A DNA stretch of 32,000 nucleotides from Psychrobacter sp. HD31 (lineage in GTDB: Bacteria > Pseudomonadota > Gammaproteobacteria > Pseudomonadales > Moraxellaceae). Location: contig NZ_CP142525.1 in the NCBI RefSeq assembly GCF_051097895.1, forward strand, positions 660,001 through 692,000. The letters are read 5' to 3'. This document shows, piece after piece, positions 18,090 to 26,338 of this stretch. Numbering within the stretch: the first letter of the stretch is position 1; each line of letters starts with the position of its first letter. The notes below the pieces were generated by a model. It saw nothing but the letters and a program-made list of their open reading frames with translations, had not been told where the DNA came from and searched no databases. Position numbers and translations under genes: made by a program.

Positions 18090-18151
18090 ATATAAATTTG
18101 CTTTATTAATTAACAGACACCCTAATTCTGGTCTCAACTTGAATTAAAATA

Positions 18152-18979
18152 CTACTGGGTAACATCTTTTGTTAAGGATTGATTATCAAACGGTATAATG
18201 ACCCCATTTTTTTTAATATACTTTTCTCTTCTTTTTAAACGCCAGTACTCTGGTTTTAATTGACTGAGTAAGCGTTTAAATTCTCTACTGACTTTATTTT
18301 TGGCAACCTTTCGTCTTCTTTTTTTCCGTTCTTCTTCAAGAGAACTGTGTAACGTAATCATGTTGGTATTTCTATTTAATACATCTTCTTGGATTGCTAG
18401 ACCTGGTATAGTCTGGTATATCTTATAAGTTTTTACTGCATCATCAAACAAAATATGATCAACAGGTTTTTTAATAGATTCTTTTGAAAGTCGCTGACAC
18501 AACTCTTTAGCCATTTCATTTGTAATAACATAACCAGCAGTACCCCAATGTTCTGATGCTAATTCCTTCAATTTACAAATGCCTTCTATAATGTCACAAT
18601 CATTATCAACTAATACGGGCATTTGCATCGTTTCAAATTTTAGTATGTCACATTGCTCCATAATTTTATCAAGATTGTCTAACATTGTGTGGGTTTTACG
18701 ACTCAAGATGACATCATCTTCAGCAATAATCATATAAGGTATATTTTTATCAAGCATTTTTTGCCATAGCAAATAGTGACTCATAAAACAGCCCTGCTCT
18801 CCTTGAGTAAGGCTGTTTTCTTTAAATTTAATAGGATATTGGTTCAGAATGTCTGATAAATTTTGTTTATTCACTGCATCAAAAAATTGAAATAATATAT
18901 CTAAAGAGTTAAACATCTTTTCAATGTGTGTTCTGCGTTGTATGTCTGACTTTAAACTGACTATGTAAAATGTGTGCAT
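18152..18979 (-). CDS. Glycosyltransferase family 25 (second, divergent paralogue)
   Basis: FYIVSLKSDIQRRTHI...FFDAV...GEQGCFMSHYLLWQKMLD...MIIAEDDV. Basic C-terminal tail. Only distantly similar to the GT25 at 15219-16022. Confidence 0.85.
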   Translation of the reverse strand: MHTFYIVSLKSDIQRRTHIEKMFNSLDILFQFFDAVNKQNLSDILNQYPIKFKENSLTQGEQGCFMSHYLLWQKMLDKNIPYMIIAEDDVILSRKTHTMLDNLDKIMEQCDILKFETMQMPVLVDNDCDIIEGICKLKELASEHWGTAGYVITNEMAKELCQRLSKESIKKPVDHILFDDAVKTYKIYQTIPGLAIQEDVLNRNTNMITLHSSLEEERKKRRRKVAKNKVSREFKRLLSQLKPEYWRLKRREKYIKKNGVIIPFDNQSLTKDVTQ

Positions 18980-18998
18980 AATGATATTTTAAAAAGTG

Positions 18999-19877
18999 TT
19001 AAGGTAATAAAAGTTTTTGTTGACTGAAATATGAAAAATAAGAATCTTGCTCTGCTTCACCTATCTTATGAGTAAGTTTATGAATATTGCTCTTAGTAAG
19101 TATGGAGTCAAAATCTTCTTTAATAAATCTCTCTTTTAATCTTTTATTAAATAAATGTGGTGTATCATTCGTTAAATGATACAAGTCATTCCAATTCCTT
19201 TGTAATTCATTACTAGCATCAATCATATTTCTGAAAGTTAAATGAAATGTAAAATAATCAATCAATTTATTCTCATTTTTCCAGTATTCAAACAATGATT
19301 CTTTAACATTTAGAAGAAAAGGGTGCTGTTTTTGTGAATGAATAAACCAACTTGAAATTAAATGAAGTCTATAATTAATACTATCTTGAGGAGAAGAGAA
19401 ACAAAAAAACTCTGCATCTTCTATCTTTTTTTCTATTTGATCAGTGAGTAGTACTGTACCATCTATCCAAGTTCCTCCATATTTACATAATAAACATACT
19501 CTCACAATATCAGAAAAGTGAGTATGAGAAATAAGACTTCTATTATATTTATCAATTACATAATCAGGCAATTGAATATAGTCATAAATATTGTCAGCAG
19601 TTAGGACTTGAATATCCCTCTTTGGGCAATGCTTTTCGACACTTTGAAAACAATTTTTTATCAACTCTGGAGCGTTATCTTTGCCTTGTAACCAAAGCTG
19701 CCAAATTGGTAAATTCTGTTCAATTTTTCCATCAAATTTTATATAATCTGTACAAAGATATTGGTTCAAATAACTTTTATGTTGTAAACTTTTTTGATAC
19801 ATTTTTTGTTGTTTACGATGTTTTCTTCTTATACGATTAAGCTGTCTTAAATTAAGATATTTTAGATAATTATTCAT
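18999..19877 (-). CDS. Capsular-polysaccharide-synthesis family / GT32-like glycosyltransferase
   Basis: IWQLWLQGKDNAPELIKNCFQSVEKHC...VLTADN and HFSDIVRVCLLCKYGGTWIDGTVLLT follow the GT32/Caps_synth pattern. I chose the start ATG at 19877 because an AAGGAA sits 7 nt upstream. This start overlaps the tagD stop by 8 nt (ATGAATAA). The track start at 19952 is a TTG inside tagD. Confidence 0.7.
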   Translation of the reverse strand: MNNYLKYLNLRQLNRIRRKHRKQQKMYQKSLQHKSYLNQYLCTDYIKFDGKIEQNLPIWQLWLQGKDNAPELIKNCFQSVEKHCPKRDIQVLTADNIYDYIQLPDYVIDKYNRSLISHTHFSDIVRVCLLCKYGGTWIDGTVLLTDQIEKKIEDAEFFCFSSPQDSINYRLHLISSWFIHSQKQHPFLLNVKESLFEYWKNENKLIDYFTFHLTFRNMIDASNELQRNWNDLYHLTNDTPHLFNKRLKERFIKEDFDSILTKSNIHKLTHKIGEAEQDSYFSYFSQQKLLLP

Positions 19878-20295
19878 CGTCATGTTCCTTTGAGTCAATC
19901 GACATATAATTATTAGAGAGTTTTTCTTTGATTTCAGTTGTAGACATACCAACCATTCTAGGAAAATAAAGGGCTTGACAATATTTTAATACATAGTCAA
20001 ATCTCATTTTCCAGTCATTACCAATAATAAATATATCAATATAATGATTTTCAATGTCAGTAATTTTCTGTTGCCAACACTCTTCAAGGATTATTTTATC
20101 ACCATGGCGAATAGAGTTAATTATAGGCACTATCTCTTCATAAGAATCAGTACATATTTTCCCTTTTCTCAGATTAAATTTAACCGTTGATACAGCAACA
20201 GTTAAATGATTACCTAATGCCTTTGCCCTTTCTAATAGATGGATATGACCATAATGTAGTAAGTCGAACGTACCATATGTCAGTACTTTTGTCAT
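19870..20295 (-). CDS. tagD: Glycerol-3-phosphate cytidylyltransferase (TagD/TarD-like)
   Basis: Collinear with B. subtilis TagD. VLTYGTFDLLHYGHIHLLERAKALG carries the HxGH motif. Also IDIFIIGNDWKMRFDY and FPRMVGMSTTEIKEKL (the RTxGISTT motif). Confidence 0.85.
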   Translation of the reverse strand: MTKVLTYGTFDLLHYGHIHLLERAKALGNHLTVAVSTVKFNLRKGKICTDSYEEIVPIINSIRHGDKIILEECWQQKITDIENHYIDIFIIGNDWKMRFDYVLKYCQALYFPRMVGMSTTEIKEKLSNNYMSIDSKEHDDE

Positions 20296-20320
20296 GAATT
20301 ATTATCCAATAAATATAAAA

Positions 20321-21058
20321 TTAAAAATAATACTCAGTTGCTAAATTTTGATCATCAAGTAACCTTTCAAAATCACGTGGACGATTATCATAACTATATT
20401 TTTTTGGTGTCATGAAGTCTGCTCCATACCTTTCAGTTAAGTGTTTTACTATGTCTGATGGGACATTAAATTTATTTCCTAAAAATTCAATCTCTGATAA
20501 AGAAAAATCAGTAAATTGACACTGACACACCCGTAACTGATTCCCATATTTCTCATAATGCCTTTTTCGACTTAAGCTTTGATCCATTTCAAACCAATGA
20601 ACTATTTTTTTATCATTTTTATTCTTGAATACAAAAAAATCTATATTAACGCAATCTTTATAGCTTAGTGTTGCTTCACTTATAAAATCATTTAAATCTA
20701 TGTTTGAACTATGGATCTTAAATATTTTTACTAACTTAAAGCCATCATAATTAGCAATAAAATTCAAAAAGTCCATAGAAAAACTCTGTTCATCAATCCC
20801 AAAATCAATATCATAATCATGTGTAATAATAGCACTATCTCTATAAGCACCTAATAGCGTACCAAAAGATAACCAAACATTAACCTTATTATGCTTATTA
20901 TATTCCTCAAATGCAGACGATAATATTCGTAAAGCCTCTGGAGCATTACGATGAAATTTTTTGAACTTCATTTCTTTTGTTTTAGTACTTCTATAAGTTT
21001 TTCTTTTCTTCGAATTAAAAGGATACTTTAATAATGCCTTTAATTTGAATGATGTCAC
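20321..21058 (-). CDS. LicD-family phosphotransferase (CDP-alcohol-dependent phospho-substituent transferase)
   Basis: WLSFGTLLGAYRDSAIITHDYDIDFGI matches the LicD core GTLLGAVRH.GFIPWDDDID. GTG start at 21058 preceded by a strong AGGAGG RBS. An alternative ATG start exists at 20971. Confidence 0.72.
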   Translation of the reverse strand: MTSFKLKALLKYPFNSKKRKTYRSTKTKEMKFKKFHRNAPEALRILSSAFEEYNKHNKVNVWLSFGTLLGAYRDSAIITHDYDIDFGIDEQSFSMDFLNFIANYDGFKLVKIFKIHSSNIDLNDFISEATLSYKDCVNIDFFVFKNKNDKKIVHWFEMDQSLSRKRHYEKYGNQLRVCQCQFTDFSLSEIEFLGNKFNVPSDIVKHLTERYGADFMTPKKYSYDNRPRDFERLLDDQNLATEYYF

Positions 21059-21099
21059 AAGTGCCTCCTATGAAGCATAAAATCTAAGTTCTATATAAA

Positions 21100-22137
21100 T
21101 TATTTTAATAAGTGATTATACCCATTCGGATTATTTGATTGCCAACGCCAAGTATCTTCCATCATATCACTTAATCCAAGTTTTGCTGTCCATCCAAGCT
21201 CTGCCTTTGCAAGACTGGCATCGGCATAGAATTTAGCAATATCGCCAGCACGACGAGGAGCTATTTTATATTTAATGTCATGACCACAGGCATCTTCAAA
21301 TGCTTTTACCATTTCTAATACGGAATATGGCTGACCTGTACCTAAATTCCATATCTTTAAAGCTGACTCGTTAGCGGTGTTAATTTTCATAATGGCGTTC
21401 ATCGCATCCAAATGAGCCTCTGCCAAGTCCATCACATGGATATAGTCGCGCATCGCTGTACCATCAGGTGTATTATAATCATCACCAAATACATTTAAAT
21501 AGGGCAGTTTGCCAATAGCAACTTGCGAGATATACGGTAATAAATTATTTGGTATTCCAGTCGGATTTTCTCCAATTTTACCACTCTGATGAGCACCAAC
21601 AGGGTTAAAATAACGCAATATGGCAATCTTCCATTCATTATCAGAAGTTTGTAAATCCTTTAATATCTCTTCAATCATGAGTTTACTGCGTCCGTAAGGA
21701 CTGGTAGGATGACCCGTTGGTAAGTTTTCATGATAGCAGTCAGTTTCAGGCTCTCCATAAACAGTTGCTGATGAACTAAATACAAAAGATTTAACTCCTG
21801 CATCATTCATTGCTTCCAGTAGAGTACAAGCGCCATGTACATTACACTGGTAGTAAGCAAGGGGTTTTTTTGTACTTTCTCCAACAGCTTTTAGCCCTGC
21901 AAAGTTAATGACAGATTCAATTAGATAATCAGAAAATAATTTGTCCAATAAAGCGCGATTACGAATATCTCCCTTAATAAAGACTGCTTTTTTACCCGTG
22001 ATTTGGGCAATTCGTTCAAGTGATACAGTACTACTATTACTAAGATTATCAAGTACAACGACTTCAAAACCTGCTTGTAGTAAAACTAAGACTGTATGTG
22101 AACCGATATAACCACTTCCACCTGTTACTAAAATCAT
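21100..22137 (-). CDS. galE: UDP-glucose 4-epimerase GalE
   Basis: MILVTGGSGYIGSHTVLVLL carries GxxGxxG. FSSSATVYG, the catalytic YGRSKLMIE (YxxxK), LRYFNPVGAH and DGTAMRDYIHVMDLA are also present. Confidence 0.93.
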   Translation of the reverse strand: MILVTGGSGYIGSHTVLVLLQAGFEVVVLDNLSNSSTVSLERIAQITGKKAVFIKGDIRNRALLDKLFSDYLIESVINFAGLKAVGESTKKPLAYYQCNVHGACTLLEAMNDAGVKSFVFSSSATVYGEPETDCYHENLPTGHPTSPYGRSKLMIEEILKDLQTSDNEWKIAILRYFNPVGAHQSGKIGENPTGIPNNLLPYISQVAIGKLPYLNVFGDDYNTPDGTAMRDYIHVMDLAEAHLDAMNAIMKINTANESALKIWNLGTGQPYSVLEMVKAFEDACGHDIKYKIAPRRAGDIAKFYADASLAKAELGWTAKLGLSDMMEDTWRWQSNNPNGYNHLLK

Positions 22138-22275
22138 AGACTCACCTATACTTCTCTAATAGAGGCTATCGACTAAATAAGAAAACGATCTAAGCTAGAT
22201 AATATTCTTGCCACTTTTCTTATAAATTTAATGATAAAATATAATTTGTATTTAATCCTAAAATTTTAGGCTATT

Positions 22276-23805
22276 ATGACCAAAAAATCTATTATTTCAT
22301 TCATAACTTTTTACCTCTTAATTTGGACAATCGCTCCAGTATTTCTAGCGTCTAGTGTGGCACTAGATGTCAGCGAAGGCATAAACTGGGGTAGTGAATG
22401 GCAATGGGGCTATTACAAGCATCCACCACTATCATCTTGGGTGCTGTATTCATTTTATGCCATGTTTGGTACTTGGGGTGTTTATTTAGTCAGCCAAATT
22501 TGTGTTGGTATTACTCTACTGTGCAACTACCAATTAGGCAAGTTAGCATGGTCAAAGGAAGTTGGCATTCTGGGCAGTATGTTGACCATGGGTGTGTTTT
22601 ATTACACCTATCCTACCCTTGAATTTAACCACAATATTGCTCAGTTCCCTATATGGTCTGGTTTAGTACTGGCATTTTATTTAGCAATAACACAAAATAA
22701 ATGGTCACATTGGCTTTGGGTTGCTGTGTTGGGTGGCATGGGTATGCTAACCAAATATAGTGTTATTTTTCTGCTATTACCCATGGCATTATACTTAATC
22801 CATCCTAAAAACTTACACCTGTTAAAGTCTGCTAAACCTTGGGCTTCAGCTATTATGATGTTAGCGATTTTTTCACCACACTTATATTGGCTAATCAATA
22901 ATGACTGGCTACCCCTTAGTTATGCTCAAGGGCGAGGACACAACATCAGTTGGATGAAATCACACTTTAGCTGGGTAAGTTTTACGGCTTCACAACTGCT
23001 TGTACACATTCCATTAGTGATTATTGCTTTTTTTCAAAGAAAGAACCTATATCAACTCACATCCTACAAACAAAAGTTGACTAAAAATCAGCCATTAGTT
23101 TGGTATTTATGGTTGTCACCACTATTGGTTTTGTGGATTATCAGCCTAATATTTGGGGTTAAACTACGAGACATGTGGGGCATGCCAATGTGGGGATTGT
23201 CTGGTGTTCTTGTTGCCTCATTTGTGTTACCTAGCAAGCTTCACCAAGTGATTCCCAAAGTCACAAAAAGCGTTGGAGCGTGGTTATTATTAATTAGTGT
23301 TTTGATGATGACATACTTGGCATTTGGGCATCAACTTCGTGATAAACCCTCTCGTATGGACTGGAACGAAGAAGCCATTGCTGCACAAGCCAAACAAACT
23401 TGGCAAAGCTACAGTAACTGTGAATTAGATAGCCTAGCAGGTGATAGGTGGCTAACTGCCCTAGCCGCTCTGCACAATAAAGATGCCGATGGTAAAATGC
23501 CCTCACAAATTTTTGAAGGCGCAGCTAGTAAATCACCTTGGGTTAGTAAAGAAAGGCTTAAAGAACATGGTACTATGGTACTTTGGCAACAGGAAGCACC
23601 GTATAATGCGCAAGAAGGCAAAGTAACTAAATCGCCATCGCCTACGATTGAATTGATTGATAGTACCATGTTACCTATATTCACAACATATCATGGTCAA
23701 TGGTCAATACCTTGGTCAAAGAATGCTGAGGCAGAACCGCTCATAATAAATTGGACTGCTCATGTACCGACACAATGTTTAATAAATACCAATAAAAGTA
23801 AATAA
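22276..23805 (+). CDS. Glycosyltransferase family 39 (ArnT/PMT_2-like polyprenyl-phosphate-sugar-dependent transferase)
   Basis: 509 aa and polytopic. N-terminal periplasmic-loop signature ALDVSEGINWGSEWQWGYYKHPPLSSW is typical of ArnT-like GT-C enzymes. A large C-terminal soluble domain follows. Confidence 0.8.
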   Translation: MTKKSIISFITFYLLIWTIAPVFLASSVALDVSEGINWGSEWQWGYYKHPPLSSWVLYSFYAMFGTWGVYLVSQICVGITLLCNYQLGKLAWSKEVGILGSMLTMGVFYYTYPTLEFNHNIAQFPIWSGLVLAFYLAITQNKWSHWLWVAVLGGMGMLTKYSVIFLLLPMALYLIHPKNLHLLKSAKPWASAIMMLAIFSPHLYWLINNDWLPLSYAQGRGHNISWMKSHFSWVSFTASQLLVHIPLVIIAFFQRKNLYQLTSYKQKLTKNQPLVWYLWLSPLLVLWIISLIFGVKLRDMWGMPMWGLSGVLVASFVLPSKLHQVIPKVTKSVGAWLLLISVLMMTYLAFGHQLRDKPSRMDWNEEAIAAQAKQTWQSYSNCELDSLAGDRWLTALAALHNKDADGKMPSQIFEGAASKSPWVSKERLKEHGTMVLWQQEAPYNAQEGKVTKSPSPTIELIDSTMLPIFTTYHGQWSIPWSKNAEAEPLIINWTAHVPTQCLINTNKSK

Positions 23806-23808
23806 GTT

Positions 23809-24918
23809 ATGCTAGATAGTCAAAAAACAACATCAGTATCCGATGCAACAAAGATTCCCTACTTATCCGTTGTGCTGCCAGCATATAATGATGCTGATGC
23901 ATTAGCTCTGTTTTTACCAGAGGTGATTGATTTTTGCCATGCGCTTAGTAAAGATTGTGAAGTAATTGTCGTCGATGATGGTAGTACAGATGATATCCAA
24001 TCGCTTATTGTTCGCTATATTACTGCTTGCAAAGAGGCTAACTATTCAATCAATATTGAACTTATTAAACTGTCAAGAAACTTTGGCAAAGAACCCGCAT
24101 TAAGTGCTGGTCTTGCCCATTCAAGTGGTGAGCTTGTCGTCATGATGGACTCTGATGGACAACACCCTCTTGCAGTCTTAACTCAAATGCTTGAGATGAT
24201 ACATAAGCAAACTGATATTGATATGATTGCGGCTATTCAATCTAATCGACCAAATGAAAGTAAACTGGCAAAAACCTTAAAAGCTGGTTTTTATCACTTT
24301 ATTCAAGATTCTCGTCGTTATCAATTGCGCCCAAATGCTGGCGACTTTCGATTAATGAACCGAAAAGTTGTGAATGCACTTTTATCATTACCAGAACGAC
24401 AACGATTTATGAAAGGTTTATATGCATGGGTTGGCTTTAATACAGTGTATTTACCATTTACGGCTGCCCTACGCAATACTGGGAGTAGTAAGTTTAATTA
24501 TTCTGGCTTATTTGAGCTTGCCCTAATTGGTATTACCTCATTTTCACAAAAACCCTTGCGCTGGATTTCACGCATGGGCATGTTGGTTTCTCTATTTGCC
24601 ATTTGTTATGGTTTATTTATTGTTTTAGAAAAATTACTTTTAGGTAATAGTGTTGATGGATGGGCAACAGTTGCCGCAGGCATTATGTTTTCTGCTGGTA
24701 TTCAACTAATTTGTTTAGGCGTTATTGGTGAGTATATTGGTCGACTGTATGAAGAAGTAAAACAGCGCCCGCTTTATTTAGTTGATTCACATATTACGAG
24801 TAATAACCTTGATAGCACTAAGCATTATGAAAACATTGATGAAAAAAAACCTAATAACAAAAATCTTAACATTACAGCTGAGTTAACTAACCCAAAAGAT
24901 CTGGAAAACACCAAATGA
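23809..24918 (+). CDS. GT2 polyprenyl-phosphate glycosyltransferase (ArnC/GtrB/DPM1-like)
   Basis: LSVVLPAYNDADAL, VIVVDDGSTDD and LSRNFGKEPALSAGLAHSSGELVVMMDSDGQHP, plus two C-terminal TM helices. The ATGA start/stop overlap with the next gene suggests translational coupling. Confidence 0.82.
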   Translation: MLDSQKTTSVSDATKIPYLSVVLPAYNDADALALFLPEVIDFCHALSKDCEVIVVDDGSTDDIQSLIVRYITACKEANYSINIELIKLSRNFGKEPALSAGLAHSSGELVVMMDSDGQHPLAVLTQMLEMIHKQTDIDMIAAIQSNRPNESKLAKTLKAGFYHFIQDSRRYQLRPNAGDFRLMNRKVVNALLSLPERQRFMKGLYAWVGFNTVYLPFTAALRNTGSSKFNYSGLFELALIGITSFSQKPLRWISRMGMLVSLFAICYGLFIVLEKLLLGNSVDGWATVAAGIMFSAGIQLICLGVIGEYIGRLYEEVKQRPLYLVDSHITSNNLDSTKHYENIDEKKPNNKNLNITAELTNPKDLENTK

Positions 24919-25304
24919 GTGTAAAAAAACAAGCATTTTGGTTTTTAGCCGTGGGAGCTACAGCGGCCTTAGTCCATTTTTTAATCCTAGTAATTTGTGT
25001 ACAGTATTTTAGTATTATGCCAGCCCGAGCTAATATTATTGCTTTCTTATTTGCATTTTTAGTCAGCTTTGGTGGACATTTTAGCCTTACCTTTAGTGAT
25101 AGCACACAAAGGGCCCACTGGTTGTCTAGCTTTATTAAATGGTTTGTAAGTTCTATAGGTGGTTTTTTATTAAATCAAATGCTATTTATGATAGGACTCA
25201 ACTGGTTTGGTAATCATTTATACGCTGTCATTTGGTTTATAGTCACCCTACTCGTTACTATTTTGACCTTTGCTTTGGGTAAGCTTTGGGCTTTTAAGGG
25301 TTAA
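24915..25304 (+). CDS. GtrA-family small membrane protein (putative polyprenyl-P-sugar flippase component)
   Basis: 129 aa with 4 TM helices. FWFLAVGATAALVHFLILVICVQ...ANIIAFLFAFLVSFGGHFSLTF follows the GtrA pattern. Confidence 0.8.
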   Translation: MSVKKQAFWFLAVGATAALVHFLILVICVQYFSIMPARANIIAFLFAFLVSFGGHFSLTFSDSTQRAHWLSSFIKWFVSSIGGFLLNQMLFMIGLNWFGNHLYAVIWFIVTLLVTILTFALGKLWAFKG

Positions 25305-25307
25305 TTT

Positions 25308-26108
25308 ATGAAAAAAATAATTATTAATGTAGATGATTTAGGGCTATCTGATTTTGTTAATCAAGCCGTTGTTGACTTAGCCTATAAAAAAAGAGTTACG
25401 GCTACCAGCTTTATGGTTGGTGGTGCAATTAGTGAAGAGCATAAAGCGGCACTTCATGAAATGAATATTGATGTTGGGCTTCATCTAGATTTTACGGGTA
25501 TTTATGAATCATCACTCACCTCGAGTCTTAAATCTATATTGTTCAACACCTATACTCGGCAATTAGATAAGGCAAAAGTAATTAAAAGCATTAAACAACA
25601 ATTTGATCTATTTGAAGATCAATTTGGTCATCCCCCTATTTTCGTTGATGGTCATCAACATGTTCATCAGTTTCCCATTATCCGTAATGCGTTAATTGAT
25701 GAGATTATACGACGTTCAGATAATAATAAAATTTATGCTCGCATTACAAAACCTTTAGTTAATGACCTCAAATCTAATATCATATATATGCTAGGCGGTA
25801 ATGCTTGGCAAACCATGTGCGATAACCACGCTATTACTACCAATAGCGGGTTTGCTGGTGTTTATGGGTTCGATAAAAACACTGACGAACTTAAAAACGT
25901 ATGGAAACACTGGATTAAAGCATGTGACTCTAACATCAATAATACCAACTTAATTATGTGCCACCCTGCAAAACCTACAACAGACTTAAGTAAAAATTGG
26001 GATGACGAGATTAAAGTAGCAAGAGAAAACGAATATAACTTTTTAATGAGCGATGTGTTTGGTGATTTAATAAGCAGTTGCCAACTTGTTAGCTGGAAAG
26101 AGATTTAA
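25308..26108 (+). CDS. YdjC/ChbG/HpnK-family carbohydrate deacetylase (NaxD/LgmC-like)
   Basis: KIIINVDDLGLSDFVNQAVVDLAYKKRVTATSFMVGG and DVGLHLDF...VDGHQHVHQFP are YdjC-family metal-site motifs. Confidence 0.8.
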   Translation: MKKIIINVDDLGLSDFVNQAVVDLAYKKRVTATSFMVGGAISEEHKAALHEMNIDVGLHLDFTGIYESSLTSSLKSILFNTYTRQLDKAKVIKSIKQQFDLFEDQFGHPPIFVDGHQHVHQFPIIRNALIDEIIRRSDNNKIYARITKPLVNDLKSNIIYMLGGNAWQTMCDNHAITTNSGFAGVYGFDKNTDELKNVWKHWIKACDSNINNTNLIMCHPAKPTTDLSKNWDDEIKVARENEYNFLMSDVFGDLISSCQLVSWKEI

Positions 26109-26116
26109 ATACCTTT

Positions 26117-26148
26117 AATTGATTAAACCAAAAATTGATTAAACCAAA
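26117..26148 (+). repeat. Perfect tandem 16-bp direct repeat (AATTGATTAAACCAAA x2)
   Basis: Copy 1 is 26117-26132 and copy 2 is 26133-26148. The repeat begins 9 nt after the deacetylase stop and lies upstream of the tRNA-operon terminator hairpin. Confidence 0.85.
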
Positions 26149-26158
26149 TCTTTTAAGC

Positions 26159-26190
26159 AAAAAAAACCTCACATCAGGGGGGATGTGAGG
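26159..26190 (-). terminator. Rho-independent terminator of the tRNA-Val/tRNA-Asp operon
   Basis: 9-bp stem CCTCACATC (26167-26175) / GATGTGAGG (26182-26190) with a 6-nt loop. On the minus strand it is followed by a T8 run (complement of A8 at 26159-26166). Confidence 0.8.
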
Positions 26191-26232
26191 TGAAACTTGT
26201 ATAATAAGTTGTACTTATATTGCCATAAATAA

Positions 26233-26309
26233 TGGCGCAGCGGACGGGACTCGAACCCGCGACCCCCGGCGTGACAGGCCGGTATTCTAACCAACTGAAC
26301 TACCGCTGC
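26233..26309 (-). tRNA. tRNA-Asp (GTC)
   Basis: The reverse complement GCAGCGGTAGTTCAGTTGGTTAGAATACCGGCCTGTCACGCCGGGGGTCGCGGGTTCGAGTCCCGTCCGCTGCGCCA folds as a cloverleaf. Acceptor stem GCAGCGG/CCGCTGC, anticodon loop CTGTCAC, encoded CCA. Near-identical to E. coli tRNA-Asp. Confidence 0.95.
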
Positions 26310-26338
26310 GTGTCTGGTAGTATTTACATACTTTAATT

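Noticed and set aside
18090-18137. N-terminal extension of the GT4 gene (track start at 18137).
   Set aside because: That start is a TTG, and the extension (RPELGCLLINKANLY) has no counterpart in GT4 enzymes. The ATG at 18089 gives the typical MKK...GGAER N-terminus.
19878-19952. N-terminal extension of the GT32 gene overlapping tagD by 83 nt.
   Set aside because: The track start is a TTG inside tagD. An in-frame ATG at 19877 has an AAGGAA RBS at ideal spacing and gives a compact 8-nt coupling overlap.
22138-22275. I looked for PmrA- or PhoP-type direct hexamer repeats (for example TTAAT-N5-TTAAT or GTTTA-N5-GTTTA) in the galE / ArnT-like divergent promoter region.
   Set aside because: Only isolated ATTTAAT words 24 nt apart are present, in very AT-rich DNA. 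No repeat has the expected 11-bp periodicity, so no claim can be supported by eye.
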